From positions 158,187 to 188,710 of the forward strand of contig NIVC01002262.1 of assembly GCA_002269645.1 (NCBI GenBank): DNA of 30,524 bases, read 5' to 3'. The notes beneath the pieces were generated by a model. It was not told where the DNA came from and searched no databases. It worked only from the letters and a program-made list of their open reading frames with translations. The position numbers and the translations under genes were made by a program. Below, in pieces: positions 1 to 14,188 of the stretch (the first letter of the stretch is position 1; every line of letters starts with the position of its first letter). This DNA is from Macrostomum lignano. Taxonomy: Eukaryota.

Positions 1-125
1 ATAGAAAAAAGTTCCCGACTCAGAGCGACAGTCTGGCGGCACGGTGAGTCAGGAAAAGGAAATAAGGGCTGGGATAACTGAAAAAGGTGGGAAAGGTAAA
101 GAGGCGAGACATAAACATAAACAAA

Positions 126-968
<843 letters not shown>

Positions 969-1067
969 GGGGTGCACTCAGACAGGCTGTAATTGACACG
1001 CAGCAGTTGCGCCAGACTCAAAATCAGCTGATTGTCACGAGGTGCCGCCAGACCCGGAGCCGCAACT
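969..1067 (-). CDS. Candidate coding exon (VAAPGLAAPRDNQLILSLAQLLRVNYSLSEC), left minus-strand gene
   Basis: Acceptor ccatccgcag at 1068-1077 gives a phase-2 start matching the phase-2 end of exon 1864-1973. The frame is open. The donor (CC|GTGTGT at 968) is weak and uncertain. Confidence 0.35.
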
Positions 1068-1397
1068 CTGCGGATGGAGGCTGCAATGCTTGCTGCACGC
1101 AAATCGGAACATATTTTATATCTTTGGAGGAATCTGGGGCAGAGGCCGATTGCGCATCGTGGCGGATCGGAGTGGATTCGTGACGGATGGTCGGACAGGC
1201 CAAAAATTCTTTTCCTATCTGCTTTTGGGCAGAAATCAGAAACACCTGTTGGTCCTGCTGCATTGGGTCTTCTGTCTCTAAGACTAATCTAGCAGTTAAT
1301 TTATATAACTACCAGTAGTACAGAAGAAAAGGGTCGGGCATATGGGAACACTAGCCGGCAATGCTTGAAGCAGATTTGCAGAAGTCTGCGTGCGTGT

Positions 1398-1785
1398 GAA
1401 TGCACATTAGACACAATATTGAATGCAAATTAGACACAATATTGAATGCACATTAGACACAATATTGAATGCACATTAGACACAATATTGAATGCAAATT
1501 AGACACAATATTGAATGCACATTAGACACAATATTGAATGCACATTAGACACAATATTGAATGCACATTAGACACAATATTGAATGCACATTAGACACAA
1601 TATTGAATGCACATTAGACACAATATTGAATTCACATTAGACACAATATTGAATGCACATTAGACACGATGTTGAATGCACATTAGACACAATATTGAAT
1701 GCACATTAGACACAATATTGAATGCACATTAGACACAATATTGAATGCACATTAGACACAATATTGAATGCACATTAGACACAAT
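1398..1785. repeat. 23-bp minisatellite GAATGCACATTAGACACAATATT, about 17 copies
   Basis: Near-identical tandem units read directly. Confidence 0.97.
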
Positions 1786-1863
1786 AGCCAATAAAAGTAC
1801 ACAAAAGCACTAACAGCAAGCCAGAAGCAGAAGACACCCGCATCAGCTCCCTGTCCGCCTCAC

Positions 1864-1973
1864 CTGGCATAGCCGGAGCACTGGAAGGTCAGCGCCTTCT
1901 GCTGCTCGCCCGCCTGCTGCTGACGCCAGCTCGACAATGGGGAGGCCTCGTTGAACTGCAGGCGAACCGAGTG
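1864..1973 (-). CDS. Internal coding exon (HSVRLQFNEASPLSSWRQQQAGEQQKALTFQCSGYA), product unknown
   Basis: Pyrimidine-rich acceptor ttccaaccttctggcag, strong donor CAG|GTGAGG, 110 nt open, GC-rich. Phase 0 start matches the end of exon 6482-6612. Confidence 0.6.
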
Positions 1974-2051
1974 CTGCCAGAAGGTTGGAAAGTTTTATAT
2001 GACGCAATTTTTTATGCTGGGGTCTGATCCCAGTTGGCCCCTATATCCGAG

Positions 2052-2475
2052 CCCAGCCAATGTCATTCACACACCAGCCCAGTCATTCACACCCAGTCAC
2101 AGCCATTCATACCCCAGCCACATCCATTCATACCCAGCCACAGCCATTCACACCCAATCACAGCCATTCACACACCAGCCACAGCCATTCACACCCAGCC
2201 ACAGTCATTCACACCCAGCCACAGTCATTCACACCCCAGCCACAGTCATTCACACACCAGACACAGTCATTCACACCCAGCCACAGTCATTCACACACCA
2301 GACACAGTCATTCACACCCCAGCCACAGTCATTCACACCCTAGCTACAGTTATTCACACCCAGCGACAGTCAGTCACACCCCATAGTCATTCACACCCCA
2401 GATTCACACCCAGCCACAGTCATTCACACCCCAGACACAGGCATTCACACCCCAACCACTGACATTCACACCTCA
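2052..2475. repeat. 20-21-bp minisatellite CAGTCATTCACACCCAGCCA-like
   Basis: Degenerate tandem units read directly. Confidence 0.93.
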
Positions 2476-2854
2476 GCTGCTATCAATAAGCTTTAATTTT
2501 ACACATGTATATTCTGCAGTTTATAAAATTGGTGATAATAATTAAAAATAGGAATCTGCAGGATTCAGGGAGTCAGGGATTAAAAGATAATGCCAGCCAG
2601 ACACAGAAATTCGCACTTTAAAAACCATAAACAGCAACAATCTCAACCGTAGCATGGGAGGAGTGGAATCAGCTTGGCTGAATAGGCTGAACTAATGAGA
2701 ACAGCGCCTTAGATGATCTCCCAGGGACTTCGGACGGCACGAATACCAACGCATCTCTCCAGTGTCCAATCAATTTTTGACATGCAATTTTTTATCAAAT
2801 GCTTAGACTGAATACTTTGTATCGTAATGCATAACTCCCTTTTGAAATTTGTGA

Positions 2855-4403
2855 CGGTGAATGAGAGTGAATGATGCAGTGAATGAGACAGTGAATGACA
2901 GTGAATGAGAGTAAATGAGACAGTGAATGAGGAAGTTAATGAGGCGGTGAATGAGACTTTGAAGGAAACAGTGAATGACACAGTGAATGAGACGGTGTAT
3001 TACACAGTAATGGGACAGTGAATGAGGCAGTGAATGAGGCAGTGAATGAGGCAGTGAATGAGGCAGTGAACGAGACAGTGAATGAGGCAGTGAATGAGAC
3101 AGTGAATGGGACAGTGAATAAAGCTGTGAATGAGACTGTGAATGAGACAGTGAATGAGGCAGTGAATGGGACAGTGAATGAAGCTGTGAATGAGACTGTG
3201 AATGAGATAGTGAATGAGGCAGTGAATGACACAGTTAATGACACAGTGAACGAGACAATGAATGAGAGTGAATGAGGCAGTGAATGAGAGTGAATGAGGC
3301 AGTGAATGGGACTGTGAATGAAGCTGTGAATGAGACTGTGAATGAGACAGTGAATGAGGCAGTAAATGAGACTGTGAATGAGACTGTGAATGAGACTGTG
3401 AATGAGACAGTGAATGAGGCAGTGAATGAGGCAGTGAATGAGGCTGTGAATGAGACTGTGAATGAGGCAGTGAATGAGACTGTGAATGAGACAGTGAACG
3501 AGACTGTGAATGAGACAGTGAATGACGCAGTGAACGAGACTGTGAATGAGACAGTGAATGAGACAGTGAATGGGACAGTGAATGAGACAGTGAATGAGAC
3601 AGTGAATGGGACAGTGAATAAAGCTGTGAATGAGACTGTGAATGAGACAGTGAATGAGACAGTGAATGGGACAGTGAATAAAGCTGTGAATGAGACTGTG
3701 AATGAGACAGTGAATGAGGCAGTGAATGGGACAGTGAATGAAGCTGTGAATGAGACAGTGAAAGAGACTGTGAAAGAGACAGTGAATGACGCAGTGAACG
3801 AGACTGTGAATGAGACAGTGAATGACGCAGTGAACGAGACTGTGAATGAGACAGTGAATGACGCAGTGAACGAGACTGTGAATGAGACAGTGAATGACGC
3901 AGTGAACGAGACTGTGAATGAGACAGTGAATGAGACAGTGAATGGGACAGTGAATGAGACAGTGAATGGGACAGTGAATGGGACAGTGAATAAAGCTGTG
4001 AATGAGACTGTGAATGAGACAGTGAATGAGACAGTGAATGGGACAGTGAATAAAGCTGTGAATGAGACTGTGAATGAGACAGTGAATGAGGCAGTGAATG
4101 GGACAGTGAATAAAGCTGTGAATGAGACAGTGAAAGAGACTGTGAATGAGACAGTGGATGACGCAGTGAACGAGACTGTGAATGAGACAGTGAATGACGC
4201 AGTGAACGAGACTGTGAATGAGACAGTGAATGAGACTGTGAATGAGACAGTGAATGAGGCAGTGAATGGGACAGTGAATGAAGCTGTGAATGAGACTGTG
4301 AATGAGATAGTGAATGAGGCAGTGAATGACACAGTTAATGACACAGTGAACGAGACAGTGAATGAGACTGTGAATGAGGCAGTGAATGAGGCAGTGAATG
4401 AGG
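2855..4403. repeat. 12-bp minisatellite GTGAATGAGACA with recurring variant blocks
   Basis: About 1.5 kb array. Variants such as GTGAATGGGACA and GTGAATAAAGCT recur in blocks. Confidence 0.97.
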
Positions 4404-4718
4404 TGCGGGAGTGTGAGTTCAGCTTGCCACATGGCGCTAAAACTCATCAGCAAGCAGGCAAGCTAGCGCCGACACAAAAAATCAATGGAAGCAACGCAAG
4501 CCCAAACAGCACGCGAATTTTCACTTTCCGAGAAAGCAATTTTCTCAACCAATCTTTTTACCCAGAGACCCAGCTTCATTCCAGCTTCATCAGGCAGCCA
4601 GAGACAGACTAGCTGCCTAGCTGCTTCATCTGCGCTCAATTAGGGGAACTGAGGTGATGTAGAAGGACGGGCAACAGACAGACAGGAAGCCCTATTGGCT
4701 TTCAATACAACAGTAGGT

Positions 4719-5192
4719 GAGTTTCCCCATCCAGATGTTCAACTCTAGAAGTCCATGGCGGCTAAGCGAGCTTCCCCATCTAGATGTTAGCTCTAGAAAT
4801 CCATGGCGCCTAAAGAGTTTCTCCACCCAGATCTTAACTCTTAGAAATCCATGGCGGCTATAGCGAGCTTCCCCATCCAGATGTTCAACTCTAGAGGTCC
4901 ATGGCGGTTAGCGAGCTTCCCCATCCAGATGTTCAACTCTAGAAGTCCATGGCGGCTAGCGAGCTTCGACATCCAGATGTTCAACTCTAGAAGTCCATGG
5001 CGGCTAGCGAGCTTCCCCATCTAGATGTTAGCTCTAGAAATTCATGGCGCCTAAAGAGTTTCTCCACCCAGATCTTAACTCTTAGAAATCCATGGCGGCT
5101 ATAGCGAGCTTTCCCATCCAGATGTTCAACTCTAGAGGTCCATGGCGGCTAGCGAGCTTCCCCATCCAGATGCTTAGCTCTAGAAGTCTATG
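4719..5192. repeat. 48-bp minisatellite GCTAGCGAGCTTCCCCATCCAGATGTTCAACTCTAGAAGTCCATGGCG, about 10 diverged copies
   Basis: Tandem units. A roughly three-monomer block at about 4765-4907 recurs at about 5009-5150. Confidence 0.92.
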
Positions 5193-5584
5193 GCTGACTA
5201 CACCTTGAATTGCCATATCTAATAATCGAATATTCTCAGCCCTTCGAACCAAAAAGAGGGGCGTTGAAGCCTTTTTAAAAATCCGTCTCCTTCGAAAGGC
5301 TAGCAAGAAGCTTCACTCATTTCCTTTGCTTTGAGCCCGTGCCAGTCTTTTAGGGCTCTCCCGAGTTTTTCTGCTCCAGCTGAACTGAGAGCAGCTTCGA
5401 TTTTTTCATTCCGCATAGCTCTGGAATTGGAACCGGGAGACTCGGCCCGGCTTGAAATTAGTGAATTATTGGATAAATAAATTGATTCCACAGTCAGTGC
5501 CAGGCAGAGGGAAGGACCTGAGGGAATGCACTGAACTTTTTATGCGCAGGATGGGCTGGGCGGCAATAAGGTGGGTCAGGAAGA

Positions 5585-6198
<614 letters not shown>

Positions 6199-6481
6199 TA
6201 AAGCAAGTCAGGAGCAAGTAGAAAGCTGAGAACTTGGCAGCTCGCAGGGCTCATTAACTCGCCGCCCAGCTCAGCAGGCAAACAGAGACAAAGCAGAGAA
6301 AAAATGGACAAACAGCTGCCTAACAGAAGCAGCAGTGCAGAGGCGGCGGACCACCCACTGCCGCAGCTCAGTGGCAGGTAATTTTCAGTGGAAAAACAGG
6401 CACAGCTTGTCTCTGAGGCCACAGGTAGGTAAATTATCTGCCCACTCCGACGCTGCGATGCAAAACAAACAGGCTACTCAC

Positions 6482-6612
6482 GCATTTGAGCAGTTCTCGG
6501 ATTGTGTCAATGGCGACAGACTCGAATTCTTCGGCTGAGAGAACTTCGCCTAATCTGGCGAAATAGTCCTGGAATGTCGCACAAGGGGGGGCGCAGAGGC
6601 TGGCGATAAACT
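6482..6612 (-). CDS. Internal coding exon (FIASLCAPPCATFQDYFARLGEVLSAEEFESVAIDTIRELLKC), product unknown
   Basis: Strong donor TGC|GTGAGT (6476-6481), acceptor ttttgttccaacgatcag, 131 nt open, non-repetitive amphipathic-helix-like peptide. Ends in phase 0, compatible with exon 1864-1973. Confidence 0.55.
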
Positions 6613-6829
6613 CTGATCGTTGGAACAAAATCAACTTGTTTAGTGCAGGTAACATCACGTGAATATTGAGGAGGAAAAATTGATTATTTTAATTGTACAG
6701 ACTGGCCCGAAGGTTTAAAAATGGCCCGCGGAGAAGGCGGGCAGAAAAAGGTGGAGGGGCGGATCAAGGGCGGAAAGGGCGGAACGAGGATGGAGCGGAC
6801 TACCAAACTATTTCTCATTGGTATGGTTG

Positions 6830-7037
6830 GGAGGGCGGAAGGAGGGCGGAAGGAGAGCGGAAGGAAAGCGGAAGGAGAGCGGAAGGAGGGCGGAAGGAGG
6901 GCGGAAGGAGAGCGGAAGGAGGGCGGAAGGAGAGCGGAAGGAGAGCGGAAGGAGGGCGGAAGGAGAGCGGAGGAGAGTGGAAGGAGGGCGGAAGGAGGGT
7001 GGAAGGAGGGCGGAAGGAGGGCGGAAGGAGGGCGGAA
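6830..7037. repeat. 11-bp minisatellite GGAAGGAG(G/A)GC
   Basis: Tandem units read directly. Confidence 0.93.
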
Positions 7038-7714
7038 TCTTCGCCTAGAGATAAGCCATCAAAAAAGCAGACAGGAAATAAAAATCAGAGTAAAAACGAG
7101 CGCGCAGAGGCCAGCGCAACCTGGCAGCTGAGACACAGCTGGGCAGCTCTTCATCTTCTATTTCTCAAATTTCAACCACACCGCCAGCTTAATCCCTCAA
7201 ATCGTTGCCTCAATGTAAAAATAGGTGGCGGCAAAGCCAAGCAAAGATTACAAACCGATAGGGGGGGGGGATTTGAGACCGCTCGTGCGGCAGTTTAGCC
7301 AGCAGGTCTAAAAGCGGCAATATCCATGAAATTTGCAAACACAGAGAGAGAAAGAGAGGAAAGCGAGAGACTTCAAGCTCAAGCCACCCCTCGCCGCCGA
7401 CTTGCAGGGCAAAATAATAGCGCCTGACTATGAAGCCATGTCGCCATGGGGCTCTCCGCATCCGGGAAGGCATTGCGGGAGGGGGGCAGAAGGGTCTCTA
7501 AGCCTCGCGCGTACTGCCCCCTCCCGGGTCCCATGCCCCCCGGACTGCCCGAGTCTGGCCGCTCTCCGCGATACTCTCAACCCTCCCCCCGCCCTATCTG
7601 CTTAGCCTTAGCCTTAATCCTCACCTGAATTCTCTCATTAGCTTTGCCATTTACATTCTGCTTGATCCCAGTCTCATTTTCACTGATCTCCCCTCTCTAA
7701 TCTTCTCTCTGATA

Positions 7715-7935
7715 TGATCTCCACTCTCTATGACTCCTCTCTATGACTTCCCACTCTATGACGTCCCACTCTATGACCTCCATCTCTATGACCTCCCACT
7801 CTATGACTTCTCACTCTATGACCTCGCATTCTATGACCTCCCTCTCTATGACCTCCCTCTCTGCGATGTCCCTCTTTATGATCCCATTTATGATCCCCTT
7901 TTATTAATTCCCCTCTATGATCCCCCTATATGATC
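7715..7935. repeat. Degenerate 15-bp minisatellite CTCTATGACCTCCCA-like
   Basis: CTCTATGA core recurs about every 15 bp. Confidence 0.85.
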
Positions 7936-8579
7936 CCTCCTTCCCTCTCTCTGACAGCGTCTCCCCAAACACTCATCCAGTGGAGAAGGGCACGGGTGCT
8001 CAGCAGGGCGGCACAGATTTTCCCAATGCGCCAGACAAGAATATAAAAAGACACAAGTGCTCAGCAAACATCAGCCGGACATCTGCCACTGACACTGATG
8101 CGCGCAGGAAAGAAAGGATTTTTATTGTAAAAAGTCATTCCTCTGGAGAGGGAGAGTGAACTCACATCGATTGACAAGACTTAGAAACAAAACAGAAGAC
8201 AACTCTGTCCCGTCTCTCACTGCCTCTCATCGTTTGCGGCCAGTCTCCCATTGTGTCCTGCTGTCACTCACAATGCTACTCGCTTAGCTTCGGTCAAAGT
8301 CAGGCCAGCCGAGGTAGGAGTGACAGCCAGCCAATCCATTCAGCCTTCTGACGCCTCGGGGGACGGGCATTGCTTTGGCATTGTTGCCCCCACAGAGGGA
8401 GGGAGGCGCAAAGAATGGGAAGCCTCCCGAATCGATGTCAGGGATGAGATAAATAAAAGTACACGGACATTTTGGAAAAAGGTATTCTTTTGAGAGATAT
8501 TTGAGTGCAGGAGTGACATTGGGCGGGAAAGACGCACAAAGGAAAGAGTAAGTGAGACTGAGACTCACCAGACATTGTT

Positions 8580-10076
8580 AGATAAGGGTCAGATATTGGG
8601 AGATAAAAGGATCAGATATTGAGTAGATAAGAGGATCAGATATTGGGAGATAAAAGGATCAGATATTGAGTAGATAAGAGGATCAGATATTGGGAGATAA
8701 GAGGATCAGATATTGGGAGATAAGGATCAGATATTGGGAGATAAGAGGATCAGATATTGGGTAGATAAGAGGATCAGATATTGGGTAGATAAGGATCAGA
8801 TATTGGGTAGATAAGGATCAGATATTGGGAGATAAGGATCAGATATTGGGAGATAAGAGGATCAGATATTGGGTAGATAAGAGGATCAGATATTGGGTAG
8901 ATAAGGATCAGATATTGGGAGATAAGGATCAGATATTGGGTAGATAAGAGGATCAGATATTGGGAGATAAAAGGATCAGATATTGAGTAGATAAGAGGAT
9001 CAGATATTGGGAGATAAAAGGATCAGATATTGAGTAGATAAGAGGATCAGATATTGGGAGATAAGAGGATCAGATATTGGGAGATAAGGATCAGATATTG
9101 GGAGATAAGAGGATCAGATATTGGGTAGATAAGAGGATCAGATATTGGGTAGATAAAGATCAGATATTGGGTAGATAAGGATCAGATATATGGACATAAG
9201 GATCAGATATAGGGAGATAAGGATCAGATATAGGGAGATAAGGATCAGATATAGGGAGATAAGGATCAGATATTGGGAGATAAGGATCAGATATTGGGAG
9301 ATAAGGATCAGATATTGGGAGATAAGGATCAGATATAGGGAGATAAGGATCAGATATAGGGAGATAAGGATCAGATATAGGGAGATAAGGATCAGATATT
9401 GGGAGATAAGGATCAGATATAGGGAGATAAGGATCAGATATTGGGAGATAAGGATCAGATATAGGGAGATAAGGATCAGATATTGGGAGATAAGGATCAG
9501 ATATAGGGAGATAAGGATCAGATAAAGGGAGATAAGGATCAGATATTGGGAGATAAGGATCAGATATTGGGAGATAAGGATCAGATATAGGGAGATAAGA
9601 GGATCAGATATTGGGTAGATAAGGATCAGATATTGGGTAGATAAGGATCAGATATTGGGAGATAAGGATCAGATATTGGGAGATAAGGATCAGATATTGG
9701 GTAGATAAGAGGATCAGATATTGGGAGATAAGGATCAGATATTGGGAGATAAGGATAAGATATTGGGAGATAAGGATCAGATATTGGGAGATAAGGATCA
9801 GATATTGGGAGATAAGGATCAGATATTGGGAGATAAGGATCAGATATTGGGAGATAAGGATCAGATATTGGGTAGATAAGGATCAGATATAGGGATATAA
9901 GGATCAGATATTGGGAGATAAGGATCAGATATTGGGTAGATAAGGATCAGATATAGGGAGATAAGGATCAGATTTAGGGAGATAAGGATCAGATTTAGGG
10001 AGATAAGGATCAGATATAGGGATATAAGGATCAGATTTAGGGAGATAAGGATCAGATATAGGGAGATAAGGATCAG
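8580..10076. repeat. 21/23-bp minisatellite GATAAG(AG)GATCAGATATTGGGA
   Basis: About 1.5 kb array. 23-bp variants cluster on the left and TATAGGGA variants from about 9190 rightward. Confidence 0.97.
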
Positions 10077-10591
10077 GAACAGGCAGAGGCAGACAAAGAT
10101 CAGAGCATAAGGCGCAGAGATCAGATAGGGGTAGCAACAGAGCAAGACTCAGAGAAGAGAGGGAGTGTGCAATGCGGAAGTTGTCCGCAGACACGGAGGC
10201 AACGCGCTCAGAGTTAGGGACAGCCTGCATCATTAATTCCAATCAAAAACCGGGTCCCTATGATTGCAATCCCAATCAGCTATGCTTGATTCGATTTGCT
10301 CCTCTGGGCAAGTGAGGAGAAACACACAGCCGCTATCCACTGGCACCGTGTGTCTTTTTTAAATCCCCATCCCGCCCTGCTGACACGGCCTCACAGAAAC
10401 CAAAAATATGCAATCCACTGGGACGGCAGAATAAGGGGTGACGAGAGTCTGTCCCCTTCTCATCGCTTCTGGATGAATAATCCCGCTTTTTTGCCTGTCC
10501 CCATTTTTTGCTTCTTTCCAAAATTGACAGCCAACCGGGTCTTCCGACAGTCTGTGCCGCGCTTACTCGGCTTATTTTTCCTGTTCCTCGG

Positions 10592-11749
10592 CTAGTCACT
10601 CATCTAGTCACTAATCTAGTCACTCTTCTAGTCACTCATCTAGTCACTTATTTAGTCACTTATTTAGTCACTTATCTAGTCATTTATTTAGTCACTCATC
10701 TAGTCACTTATCTAGTCACTTATCTAGTCACTTATCTAGTCACTTATTTAGTCACTTATTTAGTCACTTATCTAGTCACTTATCTAGTCACTTATTTAGT
10801 CACTTATCTAGTCACTTATCTAGTCACTTATTTAGTCACTCATCTAGTCACTTATTTAGTCATTTATTTAGTCACTCATCTAGTCACTTATCTACTCACT
10901 TATTTAGTCACTCATCTAGTCACTTATTTAGTCATTTATTTAGTCACTCATCTAGTCACTTATCTAGTCACTTATTTAGTCACTCATCTAGTCACTTATC
11001 TAGTCATTTATTTAGTCACTCATCTAGTCACTTATCTAGTCACTTATCTAGTCATTGATCTAGTCACTGATCTAGTCACTTATCTAGTCATTGATCTAGT
11101 CACTGATCTAGTCACTGATCTAGTCACTCTTCTAGTCACTTATTTAGTCACTTATCTAGTCACTCATCTAGTCACTTATTTAGTCACTCATCTAGTCACT
11201 TATTTAGTCACTCATCTAGTCACTTATTTAGTCACTCATCTAGTCACTTATTTAGTCACTCATCTAGTCACTTATTTAGTCACTCATCTAGTCACTTATT
11301 TAGTCACTGATCTAGTCACTTATTTAGTCACTCATCTAGTCACTTATTTAGTCACTCATCTAGTCACTTATTTAGTCATTTATTTAGTCACTCATCTAGT
11401 CACTTATCTAGTCACTTATCTACTCACTTATTTAGTCACTCATCTAGTCACTTATTTAGTCATTTATTTAGTCACTCATCTAGTCATTTATCTAGTCACT
11501 TATCTAGTCATTGATGTAGTCACTGATCTAGTCACTGATCTAGTCACTTATCTAGTCACTGATCTAGTCATTGATCTAGTCATTGATCTAGTCATTGATC
11601 TAGTCACTGATCTAGTCACTGATCTAGTCACTTATCTAGTCACTGATCTAGCCATTGATCTAGTCATTGATCTAGTCATTGATCTAGTCACTGATCTAGT
11701 CACTTATCCGGCCAGTCACTCCGGCCAGTCACTCCGGCCAGTCACTCAC
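10592..11749. repeat. 12-bp minisatellite TAGTCACTTAT(C/T)
   Basis: About 1.15 kb array. It grades into CCGGCCAGTCACT units next to the donor site at 11744-11749. Confidence 0.97.
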
Positions 11750-11897
11750 CAGCTGGTCCCAGTGCAGCGACCATCTCCGCCGCAGCAGGCGGCAGAAGCG
11801 GCACGCCTGTCTGAGCAGGCGGTCGCGCGACCATTCAAGCAGTTCGGCGCCAGCCTCCATAGAGGAGCCCCCCGGTGACAAGTCACGGTCTTGGCGG
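11750..11897 (-). CDS. Internal coding exon (RQDRDLSPGGSSMEAGAELLEWSRDRLLRQACRFCRLLRRRWSLHWDQL), product unknown
   Basis: Strong donor CTG|GTGAGT, acceptor tttctgctcag, 148 nt, GC-rich. A second frame is also open, so the frame is not certain. Confidence 0.5.
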
Positions 11898-12654
11898 CTG
11901 AGCAGAAACTCAACTTTTGCCAGAAAACACTTTGCAACTTTTAAATAGCAGAGCGGCACAGGCGGGCACGGAGAAGACACACAGAGAGAAGCAAGGAACA
12001 CAGGAGCCACTCGAAGGCTAAAACAGGGAATTAAATGCTCCCCCTTGTTCGTCACACTGACTGCCCGGAGATGAGGTGGCTGAGAACATGTGAGCAAGAC
12101 AGCGGCAAGGGGGGAACAGAGAGGGAGGCAACGAGAGACGGGGAGCCCCAAATGATGAAGGAGGAGCGGACGAAGAACAAGTGAGTAGCCAGTAGCTTGA
12201 GGAGAAGAGGGCTGTCGGAATTTCGCAGCCGACGGGCGAGGCAAAACACAGGAGGAAGTGTCCGCAGGCGCAGGGGCGAGAGAGAGCTTGAAGCGCCCTG
12301 TTAAGTGCCCGCCTTCCTGCGCAAAGGCACTTCGGAGACAGAAAAGCACAACTCCTCGCTCGCTCATTCGAAAGTAAAGGGAACCGGAGTCTGGGTGGCT
12401 GCTTCTTTCGGGGAGGCCACCATCACGGGGGGGCGGTTTGATTGAATCTGTTGAGGAGAAAGAAGACGCGACACTGGGAGTTTTGGCGGCCGCTTATAGA
12501 AAAGTAGAAAGGGAGCCCTGGGGAGAATTTCCCCGAATAGTGACGCTTGTTTGCCTGAAGACCTAGACAAGAAGTCTGAGTAGTGAGGACTCCACTTCAG
12601 AAGGGGATAATGAAAAAACGAGTGGAAGAGAAGAACACGAAATCCTTGCACGCA

Positions 12655-13498
12655 GGAGAGGCTGGCCCAGCAACTGACACTCTGGGAGGCTGGCCTAGCA
12701 ACTGAGGATCTGAGAGGCTGGCCCAGAAACTGAGGATCTGGGAAGCTGGCCCAGCAACTGAGGATCTGGGAGGCTGGCCTAGCAACTGAGGATCTGAGAG
12801 GCTGGCCCAGAAACTGACACTCTGGGAGGCTGGCCCAGCAACTGACACTCTGGGAGTTTGGCCCAGCAACTGAGGAGCTGGGAGGCTGGCTCAGCAACTG
12901 ACACTCTGGGAGGCTGGCCTAGCAACTGACACTCTGGGAGTTTGGCCCAGCAACTGAGAAGCTGGGAGGCTGGCTCAGCAACTGACACTCTGGGAGGCTG
13001 GCCCAGCAACTGACACTCTGGGAGGCTGGCCCAGCAACTGAGAAGCTGGGAGGCTGGCCCAGCAACTGACACTCTGGGAGTTTGGCCCAGCAACTGAGGA
13101 GCTGGGAGGCTGGCCCAGCAACTGACACTCTGGGAGGCTGGCCCAGCAACTGACACTCTGGGAATTTGGCCCAGCAACTGAGGAGCTGGGAGGCTGGCTC
13201 AGCAACTGACACTCTGGGAGGCTGGCCCAGCAACTGACACTCTGGGAGGCTGGCCCAGCAACTGAGGAGCTGGGAGGCTGGCCCAGCAACTGACACTCTG
13301 GGAGGCTGGCCCAGCAACTGACACCCTGGGAGGCTGGCCCAGCAACTGACACTCTGGGAGGCTGGCCCAGCAACTGACACTCTGGGAGGCTGGCCCAGCA
13401 ACTGACACTCTGGGAGGCTGGCCCATCAACTGACACTCTGGGAGGCTGGCCCAGCAACTGAGGATCTGAGAGGCTGGCCCAGAAACTGAGGATCTGGT
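12655..13498. repeat. 28-bp minisatellite GGCTGGCCCAGCAACTGACACTCTGGGA, about 30 copies
   Basis: Tandem units with two main variants (GACACTCT and GAGGAGCT/GAGGATCT). Confidence 0.97.
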
Positions 13499-14188
13499 GT
13501 GAGCAGGTTAAAGCCAATATCAGCTGCTGTGTCCAACACGCCAAACGACAAAAAATCGCCCCAAACAGGGTCGCAGACACAGCGCTGAAAGCAGCAGCTA
13601 GCCGGAATGCGATAAATAATTGAATGCAGAAAAATAGTAATAAATAATATAGCAGAAGTAAACGGCCGAGAGACCCTAAGAGCCGGGGGGTCAAAGATTA
13701 ATGACCGGCAGGGACTTAAGACCCTGAGCTATTCGGTCCCTCAGTCCGGCAGGGAATCATTTCATTAAAATATAACTGAGCCACACACGAAGAGCCAGAG
13801 ATAGAAAGAGAAGGCAGTGGGGTGAGCCAGCAGCAGCAGAGGGTAAAGTCAAGCGGAAGAAGAGAGTAGACTCCAGCTCAGGATGGCAGCCGGGCGCGCT
13901 GCGGCAGTTCAGGAAAAAAAGAATGAGTAGAGCAGTTTTTAGGGCGGAAGAGAAAGTCGGGACTGTGGCGGGGATTAAACTGTCCGATTGCTCCTCGGGC
14001 TCATGCAGGCCGTGAGCTTCCACTCGGGGGGGGGGGGGCAGGAGGGGAGGAAAAAGTCCAGCTGCATTGGCGCTGAAATTCTAAAATATCCCGCAGGGAG
14101 AAAAACAGAGAGTGGAGTTTAATCTGGCACTGCGGAGCTTCCTCTAGCCCCCCCCCCCGATTCATCAAAATTCACCGTAGCTAATACG

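Noticed and set aside
2936-4612. 369-505 aa ORFs (NETV, HCLI, FTVS repeats)
   Set aside because: The 12-bp unit keeps several frames open on both strands. There is no evidence favouring one as coding.
4719-5192. Synthetic polylinker (NheI, XbaI, NcoI sites)
   Set aside because: The sites lie in naturally diverged tandem copies and there is no vector sequence.
10508-11878. 456-aa LVTY-repeat ORF
   Set aside because: Translation of the 12-bp array, which lies antisense to a candidate exon with a strong donor.
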